Shown here in pieces: positions 20,720-30,373 of a stretch of DNA of 64,000 nt; the first letter of the stretch is position 1; each line of letters opens with the position of its first letter. The DNA lies in contig JAABQV010000004.1 in the NCBI GenBank assembly GCA_011391255.1, positions 97,084-161,083 on the forward strand, read 5' to 3'. Both the position numbers and the translations under genes were made by a program. The stretch comes from Dechloromonas sp. GTDB lineage: Bacteria > Pseudomonadota > Gammaproteobacteria > Burkholderiales > Rhodocyclaceae. The notes below the pieces were generated by a model. That model searched no databases. It saw nothing but the letters and a program-made list of their open reading frames with translations, and was not told the origin of the DNA.

Positions 20720-22015
20720 GTGCCAATCGGGATTATCGAGTCGCTGGACTATGAGGCACGGGGCATTGCTCGCCATGAAGGCAAGGCTATCTTCGTTGAG
20801 GGCGCGCTGCCGGGTGAAAAAGTTGAGTATGCGAGTTTTCGCAAAAAATCGAGTTACGAACTGGCGCATCTGGTTGAGGTTTTAACGCCGTCAGCGAACC
20901 GGGTTGAACCGCGCTGCCCGCATTTTGGTGTGTGTGGGGGATGTGCGATGCAGCATCTTGACCCGCTTGCGCAACTTGCCAGCAAACAACGGGTGCTTGA
21001 GGATACGCTCTGGCATCTGGGTCGGGTTCGCGCCGGGCAGATCCTGCCGCCGATCCAGGGCGCGCCGTGGGGCTATCGTCATCGCGCCCGGCTTGGGGTG
21101 CGAAAAGTCTCAAAAAGCGAAGTCCTGATCGGTTTTCACGAGCGGCGCAGCAGCTTCATCGCCGATATCCGCACTTGTGATGTTTTGCCGCCAGCCGTTT
21201 CCGCGTTGTTGATGCCCTTGCGTCGGCTATTTGCCTCTTTGTCGGTCATTGATAAATTGCAGCAACTCGATATCGCGCTCGGTGAGCATTGCACCGCCTT
21301 GCTGTTGCGTATTTTGACGCCACTGAGTCTGCGCGATGAAAAAAATCTGCGTGACTTTGCCGACGCGCACGGCGTGGTTTTCTATTTGCAACCCAAAGGG
21401 CCGGACAGCGTTTATCGCTTTTGCCCCGGCGATGCGCCGCCGCTCAGCTACACCTTGCCCGAGTTTGGGATCGAGCTGGCCTTTCAGCCTGCTGACTTCA
21501 CGCAGGTCAATCATGCCGTCAATCGTATTCTGGTTCGCCGTGCCTTACGCTTGCTTGATCCTCAGCCGGGGGAGCGGATCGCTGATTTATTCTGTGGCCT
21601 CGGTAATTTTACCTTGCCCATCGCCCGCTCCGGCGCTTACGTCGTCGGTGTCGAGGGCAGTCAGGGCTTGGCACTGCGCGGGCAGGAGAGCGCCCGGGCG
21701 AATGGCTTGGCCGGGTCAGTCGAATTTTCGGTGGCCAATCTTTTTCAATGCACGCCAGAATCGCTGGCGAAACTGGGGCGTTTCGACAAGATGCTGATCG
21801 ACCCGCCGCGCGAAGGCGCTATCGAGGTGGTCAATGCACTGGGTAATGATGCGCCGCGCCGGATTGTCTATGTTTCCTGCAATCCCGCCTCACTCGCCCG
21901 CGATGCTGCAGTACTGGTCAATGGCAAAGGTTATCGTTTCTCGGCGGTAGGTGTGCTCAACATGTTCCCCCATACCGCCCATGTTGAATCGGTGGCTTTA
22001 TTCGAGCAACCATAA
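20720..22015 (+). CDS. rlmD: 23S rRNA (uracil1939-C5)-methyltransferase
   Basis: TRAM domain, CPHFGVCGGC Fe-S motif, DLFCGLGNF, DPPR, YVSC, MFPHTAHVES; GTG start. Confidence 0.93.
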   Translation: MPIGIIESLDYEARGIARHEGKAIFVEGALPGEKVEYASFRKKSSYELAHLVEVLTPSANRVEPRCPHFGVCGGCAMQHLDPLAQLASKQRVLEDTLWHLGRVRAGQILPPIQGAPWGYRHRARLGVRKVSKSEVLIGFHERRSSFIADIRTCDVLPPAVSALLMPLRRLFASLSVIDKLQQLDIALGEHCTALLLRILTPLSLRDEKNLRDFADAHGVVFYLQPKGPDSVYRFCPGDAPPLSYTLPEFGIELAFQPADFTQVNHAVNRILVRRALRLLDPQPGERIADLFCGLGNFTLPIARSGAYVVGVEGSQGLALRGQESARANGLAGSVEFSVANLFQCTPESLAKLGRFDKMLIDPPREGAIEVVNALGNDAPRRIVYVSCNPASLARDAAVLVNGKGYRFSAVGVLNMFPHTAHVESVALFEQP

Positions 22016-22039
22016 AAAAGGGTGGCCGCAGCCACCCTT
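22014..22039. terminator. Terminator hairpin between rlmD and yccA
   Basis: aagggtggc-cgca-gccaccctt; the A run gives a U tract on the minus strand. Confidence 0.7.
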
Positions 22040-22057
22040 GAAGTGAGTCTGGTCCGG

Positions 22058-22750
22058 TTAGTCGCGATCACCCGTAAAAGCCATGATCAGTTGCAGCAAA
22101 CTGACGAAAACATTGTAAATGCTCAGATAGACCGACAGGGTGGCTGAAACGTAGTTGGTTTCACCGCCCTGAACAATGCGGCTGATGTCATAGAGAATGT
22201 AGGCAGAAAAAATCATCACGGCGGCGGCCGAGATAGCCAGCGAAAGCGCGGGTATCTGGAAGAAAATATTCGCTACGGCAGCCAACAGAATCACGATCAT
22301 CCCGACGAACAGGAACTTGCCCATATTGCTGAAATCGCGCTTGCTCACCGTCGCAACAGTGGCCATGGTGAAAAATATTGCACCTGTTCCGGCGCCCGCC
22401 ATCGCAATCATCGACCCGCCGTTGGAGAAGCCCAGCGCGACCTGAAGAATGCGCGACAACATGAGACCCATGAAGAAGGTAAAGCCTAGCAGTAGTGCAA
22501 CACCCAGCCCGCTCTCCTTGTTCTTCTCGATACCCCACATGAAACCCCAGGCGATACCGAGGAAAAGCATGAAGCCGATAAACGGGCTGCCGGCCATAAA
22601 GCTGAAGTTCATCTGCACGCCGACTATCGCACCCAAAACCGTAGGAACCATCGACAGGGCAAGTAGCAAATACGTATTGCGCAACACACGGTTCTGTTGC
22701 TGGGTATATTGTTGGGTGCCTTGGCTGGCGATATTGAAGTCTGTTTGCAT
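22058..22750 (-). CDS. yccA: Bax inhibitor-1/YccA family membrane protein
   Basis: VLRNTYLLL, seven hydrophobic segments, ILYD, GETNYVSATLSVYL. Confidence 0.88.
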   Translation of the reverse strand: MQTDFNIASQGTQQYTQQQNRVLRNTYLLLALSMVPTVLGAIVGVQMNFSFMAGSPFIGFMLFLGIAWGFMWGIEKNKESGLGVALLLGFTFFMGLMLSRILQVALGFSNGGSMIAMAGAGTGAIFFTMATVATVSKRDFSNMGKFLFVGMIVILLAAVANIFFQIPALSLAISAAAVMIFSAYILYDISRIVQGGETNYVSATLSVYLSIYNVFVSLLQLIMAFTGDRD

Positions 22751-22874
22751 GTAATCTCTTTCAGTGGTTACGACAAGAGCTAAGACTAACTGAGCGGACG
22801 GAAAGTTTCAATAATTGTTGAGTGTTGCAGTCAGGTAATAATTTTCGACCCTGTGATATTATTCGGCTCTTCGC

Positions 22875-22962
22875 GGGTCTGTGGCAGAGCGGTTGAATGC
22901 ACCGGTCTTGAAAACCGGCGTGGGGAAACCCATCGTGAGTTCGAATCTCACCGGACCCGCCA
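22875..22962 (+). tRNA. tRNA-Ser(UGA)
   Basis: 88-nt type II cloverleaf; acceptor GGGTCTG/CGGACCC, anticodon loop CTTGAAA, long variable arm, GCCA end. Confidence 0.95.
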
Positions 22963-22975
22963 AAAAACTTATGAT

Positions 22976-22988
22976 TATCAATGACTTA
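22976..22988 (+). promoter_or_regulatory. IHF-binding consensus next to the tRNA-Ser 3' end
   Basis: TATCAATGACTTA is an exact match to WATCAANNNNTTR. Confidence 0.6.
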
Positions 22989-23046
22989 GATGTCATTCCA
23001 GATGATCTAACAAGTTGCTGGATTGCTTTGCTACCTCTTGGTTTGA

Positions 23047-23083
23047 AGGACAAGTAGGACAAGGGAAGGACAAATTAGGGCAA
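23047..23083. repeat. Four AGG(A/G)CAA direct repeats, putative integrase arm-type sites
   Basis: AGGACAA at 23047, 23056 and 23067; AGGGCAA at 23077; spacing 9-11 bp. Confidence 0.5.
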
Positions 23084-23213
23084 TCCCAAGTTTGTGAAGA
23101 TCCAACTCTGCATCCAGAGTGGAGCCTATCAGGGGCGGCGTTTAAACACAATTTTTGGGTTTCCTTGGGTTTGGTTTTCCATGTTTCCTACAGAGACTTC
23201 TTAAGTGCCTTCC

Positions 23214-23470
23214 GTAACGCGTAACACCGTAACGGCAACATGGGGGCAACTGGCGGCAAACACTATTGCGTTTGGTCTTTGCCTGTGTGGGGGCAAGGGC
23301 AACCCATATATATAAATCTTTCTCTTTTTAAAGTTACATTGTTACTGCGTTACAAAATGCTCTAAAGCCTGATAGGACAAGGCTTTAGATAGTAACAAAG
23401 GCAGTAACGTAGATTCAGATCTACGTTACAAATGCACCGACCACGGCTACTGCTTGCGATCCTTCGGTAC
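23214..23470. repeat. GTAAC/GTTAC iteron-and-hairpin module, copy 1
   Basis: GTAAC at 23214/23221/23229, GTTAC at 23333/23341/23349, 10-bp IR 23361-23389, GTAAC 23392, 11-bp IR 23404-23429. Confidence 0.8.
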
Positions 23471-23526
23471 GCTTGCAGGAAAAAATCTGAAAAAGAAGAA
23501 CAATGCCTAAGTCCCTCTCCTGCTTT

Positions 23527-23856
23527 TCATTCGAGTGAGAGTTCAGCAACGGCTTCCGCTAATCCACCTTCAACAATCTCGCACGAGACGCCAAGCATCA
23601 GATTCAGCGGCAAGTTGAAGTTCTCAATTATCAGGCCGTCAGGATCGACAATACGACCATCTTTTCTTGCCAGCGCACCGCCGAAACGTTCGGCGAGCTT
23701 ATCGACTTGCGGTCTTGTGTCTTTGAGGTAATCGAAAGTGTCTGACCGTCGCTGCTGAGCATGCGGGTCATGAATGGACGGGCAAAGCGCATACTGCACT
23801 TGCAGATGCCGCCGCAGCGATGAGCGTTTGGCACTGGTGCCAGGAACAGTCGGCAC
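23527..23856 (-). CDS. Possible small hypothetical protein or gene fragment between the two modules
   Basis: 109-aa ORF with GTG start; no recognisable motif. Confidence 0.25.
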   Translation of the reverse strand: MPTVPGTSAKRSSLRRHLQVQYALCPSIHDPHAQQRRSDTFDYLKDTRPQVDKLAERFGGALARKDGRIVDPDGLIIENFNLPLNLMLGVSCEIVEGGLAEAVAELSLE

Positions 23857-23983
23857 AACACCAATAATCAGGAAAACCCTTGGGGAAATTCCAACTCATG
23901 AGATTTTCCCCATCCGGCCTTCCCAGGAATCCCCAACCTTCTGAATATTCCCACCAGCTTGAACATCCATCGAGATATGGGCC

Positions 23984-24243
23984 GTAACGCTGTAACGGCG
24001 TAACACTGGGAATAGGATGATAGGAAGGAGCAGGGGGTTACCGGTGAGGGACGGCAGCGGCGGTAAGCAAATAACCCCTATATTTCTTTCTTTATCTCTA
24101 TAGAAGTTACGTTGTTACAACGTTACAGATCTCTTGAAAGCCTTATATAGCAAGGCTTTCCGGCGTAACGAAGGGCGTAACGTAGATTGAAATCTACGTT
24201 ACAAAATCACTGACCACGGCGACTGCTTTCGCTTCCTTCGGTA
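23984..24243. repeat. GTAAC/GTTAC iteron-and-hairpin module, copy 2
   Basis: GTAAC at 23984/23992/24000, GTTAC at 24106/24114/24122, 9-bp IR 24136-24160, GTAAC 24165, IR 24177-24202. Confidence 0.8.
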
Positions 24244-24280
24244 TTCTGTGTACTTCACTGATGCTTAAGTTTGTAATTAC

Positions 24281-24643
24281 ATGACTCCGCGCTTTGTTGA
24301 TGCCCCACTACGGATAGTTTCGCCGAGCTTCGACTCGCCATTGACGGATGTGGTTATTGAGCTTGACCACCTGCGGCGACTTCGACTGGCCGGCAACACG
24401 CCCAAAGCGGTATTCCATCAACTCAAAGATATTTTTCACATGCTCGAAAGCCTGGGTTCTGCCCGCATTGAGGGGAATCACACCACTCTCGCTGATTACA
24501 TCGAGAGCAAGATAGATTCGCCGGCCAACCCAAGCGACCAGATTCAGGAAGTTGGGAATATCGAGCGGGCAATGAATTATGTCGAAGAGGCTGTCGAGGC
24601 AAATGGTCACATAATCAATGGAAAAAACCAACAAACCAGTTGA
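24281..24643 (+). pseudogene. 5' fragment of a Fic-family protein gene
   Basis: [24 protein letters not shown] is a Fic N-terminal pattern; the ORF stops at 120 aa, before any HPFxDGNGR motif. Confidence 0.7.
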
Positions 24644-25814
24644 CCGCGAAACACTGTACAACGAGGTCTGGACCGACCCGGTAATTCTTGTCGCACCTCG
24701 CTACGGCCTCTCCGACGTTGGCCTCGCCAAAATCTGCCGTGCCTTGTCGATTCCTTTGCCAAGCCGTGGCTATTGGGCGAAGGTCAAAGCAGGCCGAATC
24801 ATGGGGAGGGCACCGCTTCCCAAGTTGAAGCAACAAGGAGAAATCAACACAGGATTGGTGAAACTGCCCCCAGAAAAGGCAGCAGTTCGCGAAGCAGCGA
24901 GAAAGACTGCCGCGAAAATTCGCAAAGAAACGCCAGTATTGCCACCACCAGAGGAGACTTCCTCGTCGTCGCCCCATCCCTTGGTTCGAGCGACTTCAAA
25001 GCGATTGCGGCAGCGAGATGGCTGGCCCGAGGACACCCAACTCCGCACAGCGCCAAAAGAGGTGCTGAATCTCTCCGTAACACGTGACTCAATTGAACGT
25101 GCCCTCGGCATTGTTGATGTTTTGCTGAAGGCGCTAATCAAGCAGGGGTTTGATGTCGAGGTAAATGCTGAACGTGGTGTGACTCTTCTTAAATGGGTGG
25201 AAACTGGAACCACCATTGAATTCGTAATGACCGAGTACGTCCGTCGTTCGCGGCATCAAATAACACCGGCTGAGGAACGGGCTCAGAAACGTTATTGGGC
25301 GCGTAATCGTTGGGATAGTTCGGTAAGTTTTCCGCATACACCGATGTATGACTACACGCCGAGCGGGGTGCTCACCATTCAAGTTGGACGATGGCCTTCG
25401 AAAACTTGGAAAGATACGCCGAAGACTCAGCTTGAGAAGCGCATGGGAGAGGTAATAGTTGGTATTGTCGTATTTGCGCAGGATACATACGCGAAAGAAC
25501 TTGAGGAGGCCCGTCGAAAAGAGGCCCATCGCCTTGCCGTTGAGCGTTTTGAATTTCTGACCAAAAGTCGCGCTAGGGAAGTTGAGCGCTTCAAGCACCT
25601 TGAGGGCTCTGCCAAGGATTGGAAGAGAGCAGTGCGACTACGTGCCTACGCTGATGTGGTTGAGGCCGACGCTAGGTCGAAAGGCGACTTGTCTCCTGCG
25701 CAACTGGAATTGCTGGCTTGGGCGCGAGCCAAGGCAGATTGGCTGGACCCGCTTATCCAGGTTTCTGACCCGATTCTTGATGCGCCAGAGCCAAAGAAAC
25801 CGAGCTATTGGTGA
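24618..25814 (+). CDS. Conserved hypothetical protein of genomic islands, HTH-like N-terminus
   Basis: [12 protein letters not shown]...[12 protein letters not shown]...PSRGYWAK N-terminus; C-terminal coiled coil ending [12 protein letters not shown]. Confidence 0.75.
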   Translation: MEKTNKPVDRETLYNEVWTDPVILVAPRYGLSDVGLAKICRALSIPLPSRGYWAKVKAGRIMGRAPLPKLKQQGEINTGLVKLPPEKAAVREAARKTAAKIRKETPVLPPPEETSSSSPHPLVRATSKRLRQRDGWPEDTQLRTAPKEVLNLSVTRDSIERALGIVDVLLKALIKQGFDVEVNAERGVTLLKWVETGTTIEFVMTEYVRRSRHQITPAEERAQKRYWARNRWDSSVSFPHTPMYDYTPSGVLTIQVGRWPSKTWKDTPKTQLEKRMGEVIVGIVVFAQDTYAKELEEARRKEAHRLAVERFEFLTKSRAREVERFKHLEGSAKDWKRAVRLRAYADVVEADARSKGDLSPAQLELLAWARAKADWLDPLIQVSDPILDAPEPKKPSYW

Positions 25815-25960
25815 GCAATTTTATTTTGGACAGCTTATGCTTTATTTTCCGGTCAAGTTATAGCTAACGGCACAAATACTGAGTATTGATGCGGGTTTTT
25901 TGCTTCTGGATATGACTTTATACGAATTTGCGTGTGCGGGATTGCCATGCGATGTGATTT

Positions 25961-26467
25961 TCAACGCGCCCAAGCCGCGAACCACTCAGTAAGTGCTCGG
26001 CTTTCGCCGAGTTCGGTCAAGCGTTGGTCGATGCTGTCGTGATTGCCCCACACTACATCGGCCAGTTCGCCTTGGGCAGTGAGCGACTCAATCTCGTGGC
26101 AGTAAAGTCCGAGATCGCGTTGCACGTAGAAACCGTAGCTTCGGCAGGCGACCGGGCGTTGCGCATAAACCGGGCAGGCACCGGTTAATTGATCAAGCAG
26201 GGGACAAACTACGGGGCGTGATGATTGCACAGCGAGGGCGGCGACCTTCCGGCTGATTCCCTCAAGTTGCTCCGGCGCGAGTGCCGCCAGTCCCTCGTGT
26301 AGCAGCGCCCATTCTGCCGCGCTGAGTTTTGGCACCTCGGCAAGCCTTCTGCAACAGGTGTCACAACCCTTGCCGCAAAGCCAGTCAGAGTTATTCTCAC
26401 GGATGTTGTCGACGCGGGCGTCGATATCAAGATGAAGCTGATGCAGCGCGCGCTCTTTTTCAGGCAT
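25961..26467 (-). CDS. YkgJ-family cysteine-cluster protein
   Basis: CGKGCDTCC and CPLLD...CPVYAQRPVACRSY. Confidence 0.82.
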   Translation of the reverse strand: MPEKERALHQLHLDIDARVDNIRENNSDWLCGKGCDTCCRRLAEVPKLSAAEWALLHEGLAALAPEQLEGISRKVAALAVQSSRPVVCPLLDQLTGACPVYAQRPVACRSYGFYVQRDLGLYCHEIESLTAQGELADVVWGNHDSIDQRLTELGESRALTEWFAAWAR

Positions 26468-26476
26468 TGCCTCGCC

Positions 26477-27316
26477 TCACTGGCGAACTTCGCGCACGTT
26501 GTCTGGCGCGGCAAACTCCCCGCTGCTGCGGAAGGGGTTGATGTCCAGCCCGCCGCGCCGGGTGTAACGGGCGTAAACCGAGAGTGCTTGCGGGGCGCAT
26601 TGGCGTGTAATGTCGCAAAAAATGCGCTCGACACACTGCTCGTGGAATTCGTTGTGATTGCGGAATGAAACGATGTAGCGCAGCAGGCCGGCGTGGTCGA
26701 TGCGCTTGCCCCGGTAGCGGATAACGACCATCGCCCAGTCCGGCTGACCAGTCACCAGGCAATTGGATTTGAGCAGATGGGAGTAAACAATTTCTTCGAC
26801 ATTTCCGCCGTTGACCGTAACAAGTTGCTCAGGGGACGGCTGGTAGGTGTCGCAATCGATATCGAGGTCATCAATCAGGATGCCTTCCGGGTAGCCGGGC
26901 GTTGCTTGCGGTCGACTGCCTAAATGCTCGATTTTTGCGCTGACGGCAGCGCCAGCGGTAGTCGACAGATCACGCACGAGCGTTGCTTCGACTTCAGCTG
27001 CACTGGCAAAGTGCGTCTGGTTAAACGAATTCAGGTAGAGCTTGAAGGACTTCGATTCGATCAGATTAGGGCTGCTGGCCGGCACGCGAAAAGTCGCTAG
27101 CGCAACGACCGGCTTGCCCTTTGGGTTGAGCCAGGAGACTTCGTAAGCATTCCAGATGTCTTCCCCAGTAAAAGGCAACGATGCGCCGCGGATGCCTAGT
27201 TCGTCCCGCTTCAGCTGGCGCGGGATGGGATAAAGCAGTTCGGGTGCGTAATTGGCTCGGTACTCGCTTGGTTTGCCGAGTGGGGATAGGGTGCCGGGGT
27301 CGTTGGGTTGCGTCAT
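26477..27316 (-). CDS. queF: NADPH-dependent 7-cyano-7-deazaguanine reductase (bimodular)
   Basis: IESKSFKLYLNSF, KSNCLVTGQPDW, EFHEQCVERIF, YTRRGGLDINP. Confidence 0.96.
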   Translation of the reverse strand: MTQPNDPGTLSPLGKPSEYRANYAPELLYPIPRQLKRDELGIRGASLPFTGEDIWNAYEVSWLNPKGKPVVALATFRVPASSPNLIESKSFKLYLNSFNQTHFASAAEVEATLVRDLSTTAGAAVSAKIEHLGSRPQATPGYPEGILIDDLDIDCDTYQPSPEQLVTVNGGNVEEIVYSHLLKSNCLVTGQPDWAMVVIRYRGKRIDHAGLLRYIVSFRNHNEFHEQCVERIFCDITRQCAPQALSVYARYTRRGGLDINPFRSSGEFAAPDNVREVRQ

Positions 27317-27525
27317 GGTGATCGATTTTACCGGATTGGCAACGGCTGTCTCGAGCTAGCTCTCGGGAAAGTGCCGGAGCGTTTCGCGGCGTAGTACAGA
27401 ATTTTGCAGGCGGCGAAACCAACCCAATTCAGTTATATGGTGTTATTCTTATTTACATAAGTTGCGGGGTTCGTTTGAGAAGTTTTCGCGGGCCGAAAAA
27501 TACAAATGCAATTGTGGGGACAAAC

Positions 27526-28713
27526 ATGAATTCATCGGTTCTGGCGCGCCTGAGGTGGTCGTATATCGGCTTTGGCGTTTCGGTTGCGCTCATCTTTCCT
27601 TTTTATGCCCAGTACTTTGTCGAATGGAAGCCGGGCATGCTGGTCTGGTTTGTCGTCGGCTGCCTCGTCGCCGGTGTGTCCATCGGCGTCTTTTCCTACC
27701 TCATCCTGAATCTGGTGCTGCTCTCAAAGCTCAAGGGAATGGCGGGGGTTGCCGAGCAGGTCGGTTCCGGAGACCTGACTGCCACGTATTCGCTCGAATC
27801 GCGCGACCTCATTGGCAACATTGCCAACTCGTTTCGCCAGATGGCCGGCAACATGCGCAGTATGGTCTCGGGTATTTCGACTACCTCGGGCGCGCTGAGC
27901 GACCAGAGTCATGCCATTAAAGGCCTAATGGAAGAACTGACCGACAAGCTCTCGTTGCATCAAGACAATTCGCGCCAGATCATCGGCCTTGTTGGTGCCC
28001 TGGATGATGCATCGGAAGGTATTGCCGGCAGCGCGTCTTCGGCCGTTGAAAACTCAAGGCTTTCGCAGGAATCAGCTGTCCAGGGGCGGGCAACGGTGCA
28101 GCGTGCGCAGGAGGGCATCCAGCGGATGAACGGAGCGGTGACCGGTTTGACTGAGGATATCGGCAATCTCGCCAAGCACTCGCAGGAAATCCAGAGCATT
28201 TCGTCTTCGATTCGTGAGATTGCTGACCAGACCAATCTTCTCGCGCTCAACGCTGCGATTGAGGCAGCCAGGGCTGGTGAGGCTGGTCGTGGCTTTGCTG
28301 TCGTCGCTGACGAAGTGCGCAAGCTCTCAGAAAAGACCAGTTCGGCAACGCGCGAGATAGAACAAGTGCTGGCGCGTATCCATGAACGGATCGTTGATGC
28401 CGTCGAGAAATCCGACAATAGCCTGAAAGAAATGGAAGTTGGCCGCCAGCTTTCGGAGGCAACCGGAACTGCTCTCGATCAGATTGTCAATAGCATCGCC
28501 AGCCTGACTACTAAAATCGCCAATGTCGCCGAGATGGCTTCCGATCAACAAACAATTTCAATGGTTGTCCTGGGTCGCATCAAGCAGGATGAGGGCAATA
28601 CGGACGAGGCCTTCAGCCGGGCACGTAGTTGTATGCTGGCTACCAGTGATCTCGCCAACCTTGCCGAAGACCTGACGGCTCAGGTTTCGCGCTTCAAGCT
28701 CGACGAGGCTTAG
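27526..28713 (+). CDS. Methyl-accepting chemotaxis protein (two TM helices, almost no periplasmic loop)
   Basis: HAMP plus [36 protein letters not shown]. Confidence 0.9.
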   Translation: MNSSVLARLRWSYIGFGVSVALIFPFYAQYFVEWKPGMLVWFVVGCLVAGVSIGVFSYLILNLVLLSKLKGMAGVAEQVGSGDLTATYSLESRDLIGNIANSFRQMAGNMRSMVSGISTTSGALSDQSHAIKGLMEELTDKLSLHQDNSRQIIGLVGALDDASEGIAGSASSAVENSRLSQESAVQGRATVQRAQEGIQRMNGAVTGLTEDIGNLAKHSQEIQSISSSIREIADQTNLLALNAAIEAARAGEAGRGFAVVADEVRKLSEKTSSATREIEQVLARIHERIVDAVEKSDNSLKEMEVGRQLSEATGTALDQIVNSIASLTTKIANVAEMASDQQTISMVVLGRIKQDEGNTDEAFSRARSCMLATSDLANLAEDLTAQVSRFKLDEA

Positions 28714-29171
28714 CGGCAAAAATGGCGTTGACCGTAACAAGGCCTCTGGCGATGTTTTACGTTGAGTGACCTGCGGTTGGCACCGGCATTTCCTCGTCAG
28801 CATACGCCAGAGACTGCACATCCATCCTGCGAAAGACCGAGCAGCGGCGAAACACCTCGATGCTCGGCGACAACTGCTTCGATTCCAACCCGGCCACCAT
28901 ACGGCTTGAGCGTGACGATCGCATGATTACGATTTAGCTGGTTGGCGCGGCAGGCGATGGCAAGTACGAGGGGCAGAACGTCAGTCTGACGCAAAAGAGC
29001 AATGATCTGCGTGTTGACGGGCTCAATATATACACCGGTAAGACCGACGAATTGCTATGCAGAGCACGATAGAGCGGTGCCGCTGGCTGGTGAAAGATTT
29101 TGAGGCAGAAATTTGGCACTTCTGCGGTTGTTGTCACGACGGATCTTGATGATGCGCTACGGATGGGACGA

Positions 29172-30212
29172 TCAAAACAATTCGATCTCACCCTTGTTGG
29201 TGGCCTTTGGCGCCAGTTTTCCAGACTCCACCAACACTTCGAAGCACTGGGTCTGGTTTCTGCCATGTTGCTTGGCGAAATAAAGCGCCTCGTCAGCACG
29301 GTCAATCACATCTGAGGGCGTATCGTGGGTCAGTAGTTGGCTGTACCCGATGCTCACCGTCACGTGCCCGACGCGACTGAAGGTATGGGCAGCGACAGCC
29401 TCCCTGAAGCGATCGAAGGCTGCCTGCACATTGGCTTGCTTGGCGGGTTGCAGGACTGCGACAAACTCTTCGCCGCCAAAGCGGAAAATCTGGTCATCGA
29501 AGCGAAACGATTCGCGCATCAGGCGGGCGAACATGACGAGTACTTCATCGCCAATCAAATGTCCGTGCGTGTCGTTAATCCGCTTGAAGAAATCGATGTC
29601 ACAGACGGCCAGCCAATGGCGGCTATCGACACCGGCTTTGCGCCGGCGCAGTCCTTTTTGCATCGAGAGTTCATCGCTGGCAGCCTTGCCCATGACCTCA
29701 AAAAGATGCTTGTCGAAGGTTTTGCGATTGGCGAGTCCCGTCAGCGTATCCGCTTCACCATAATCAAGTAGGGCAATGTGATGGGTGAAATACTCAACCA
29801 GTCCCATCAGCAATACGCGGTTCTCGGAGGAAAAATCCTCGCTGATGACGATGTCGACAAGATAAATCAGGCTTTCCAGCGAGTGGACCGGGAAAACCAG
29901 TCGCTGCGAACCATCTTCGAGCAATTTAAAAACGATGGATGCTTCACGTTCTGCCTGCCGGAGCAAGGGATCACGGGTTATCGGCCAGGAAAAATCACGC
30001 TCCGGCAAATAGGCGTTGTGCGAGAACGAACCTTCCGGGCCGATTCCTGCGCAGGAAAAGACGACTGTATGCGTGGTACTTGAAAAACAACGGTAAATTC
30101 TCAGTGAACGCGGCCCGAAAATATCGAGCATGGCTTCGACCAACGCAGTATTAATCTCTGTTCGATCGCGTCGCGCCGAAATTCGGACTATGTGATCGAT
30201 GAGCTTCAGCAT
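29172..30212 (-). CDS. Diguanylate cyclase (GAF-like N-terminus plus GGDEF domain)
   Basis: DTLTGLANR, DIDFFKRIND, RFDD I-site, RFGGEEF; start MLKLID at 30212. Confidence 0.9.
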   Translation of the reverse strand: MLKLIDHIVRISARRDRTEINTALVEAMLDIFGPRSLRIYRCFSSTTHTVVFSCAGIGPEGSFSHNAYLPERDFSWPITRDPLLRQAEREASIVFKLLEDGSQRLVFPVHSLESLIYLVDIVISEDFSSENRVLLMGLVEYFTHHIALLDYGEADTLTGLANRKTFDKHLFEVMGKAASDELSMQKGLRRRKAGVDSRHWLAVCDIDFFKRINDTHGHLIGDEVLVMFARLMRESFRFDDQIFRFGGEEFVAVLQPAKQANVQAAFDRFREAVAAHTFSRVGHVTVSIGYSQLLTHDTPSDVIDRADEALYFAKQHGRNQTQCFEVLVESGKLAPKATNKGEIELF

Positions 30213-30344
30213 GGGAGGCGCGTTGGCAAGGGGGATTAATAATGGGGCATTGATTATAACGAATGGTCTAAAAAACACCATTTTCTTCATGTTCTTGTCT
30301 GGCTTCGATATTCAGGCTCTTCGGTGATGATTTGCTGTAGCAGC

Positions 30345-30350
30345 TATAAT
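30345..30350 (+). promoter_or_regulatory. Sigma70 -10 box of the ribF-ileS operon
   Basis: Perfect TATAAT 23 bp before the ribF ATG. Confidence 0.45.
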
Positions 30351-30373
30351 CCTCACTTTTTTTCGAGTCACAA

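Larger units (their letters stand above)
22963..25900. mobile_element. Degenerate integrative-element/genomic-island remnant at tRNA-Ser (right boundary approximate)
   Basis: Starts at the tRNA 3' end; AT-richer; IHF consensus site, arm-like repeats, duplicated iteron module, truncated Fic gene and an island-type hypothetical gene. No integrase or attR copy seen. Confidence 0.7.

Noticed and set aside
23881-23953. TTCCC/GGGAA-rich patch with an 8-bp inverted repeat (tggggaaa/tttcccca)
   Set aside because: Could be a third iteron type, but spacing is irregular and there is no second copy, so support is too weak.
23214-24243. CRISPR array interpretation of the repeated modules
   Set aside because: Only two long units with 5-bp motifs; no 23-47 bp repeats with unique equal-length spacers; no cas genes.
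25870-25900. aatact-g-agtatt palindrome followed by gatgcgggtttt as an attR candidate
   Set aside because: No identity to the tRNA-Ser 3' end and no IHF consensus match; used only as an approximate island boundary.
27317-27525. preQ1 or c-di-GMP riboswitch between queF and the MCP gene
   Set aside because: Only a gagctagctc palindrome and a ggcgaaacc fragment are present; the required consensus elements are absent.
28722-29072. Protein-like + strand frame with two internal stops (28767, 28935) in the gap between the MCP and the GGDEF gene
   Set aside because: Two stops in 117 codons is close to chance and no family motif is recognisable; a tBLASTn search would be needed.
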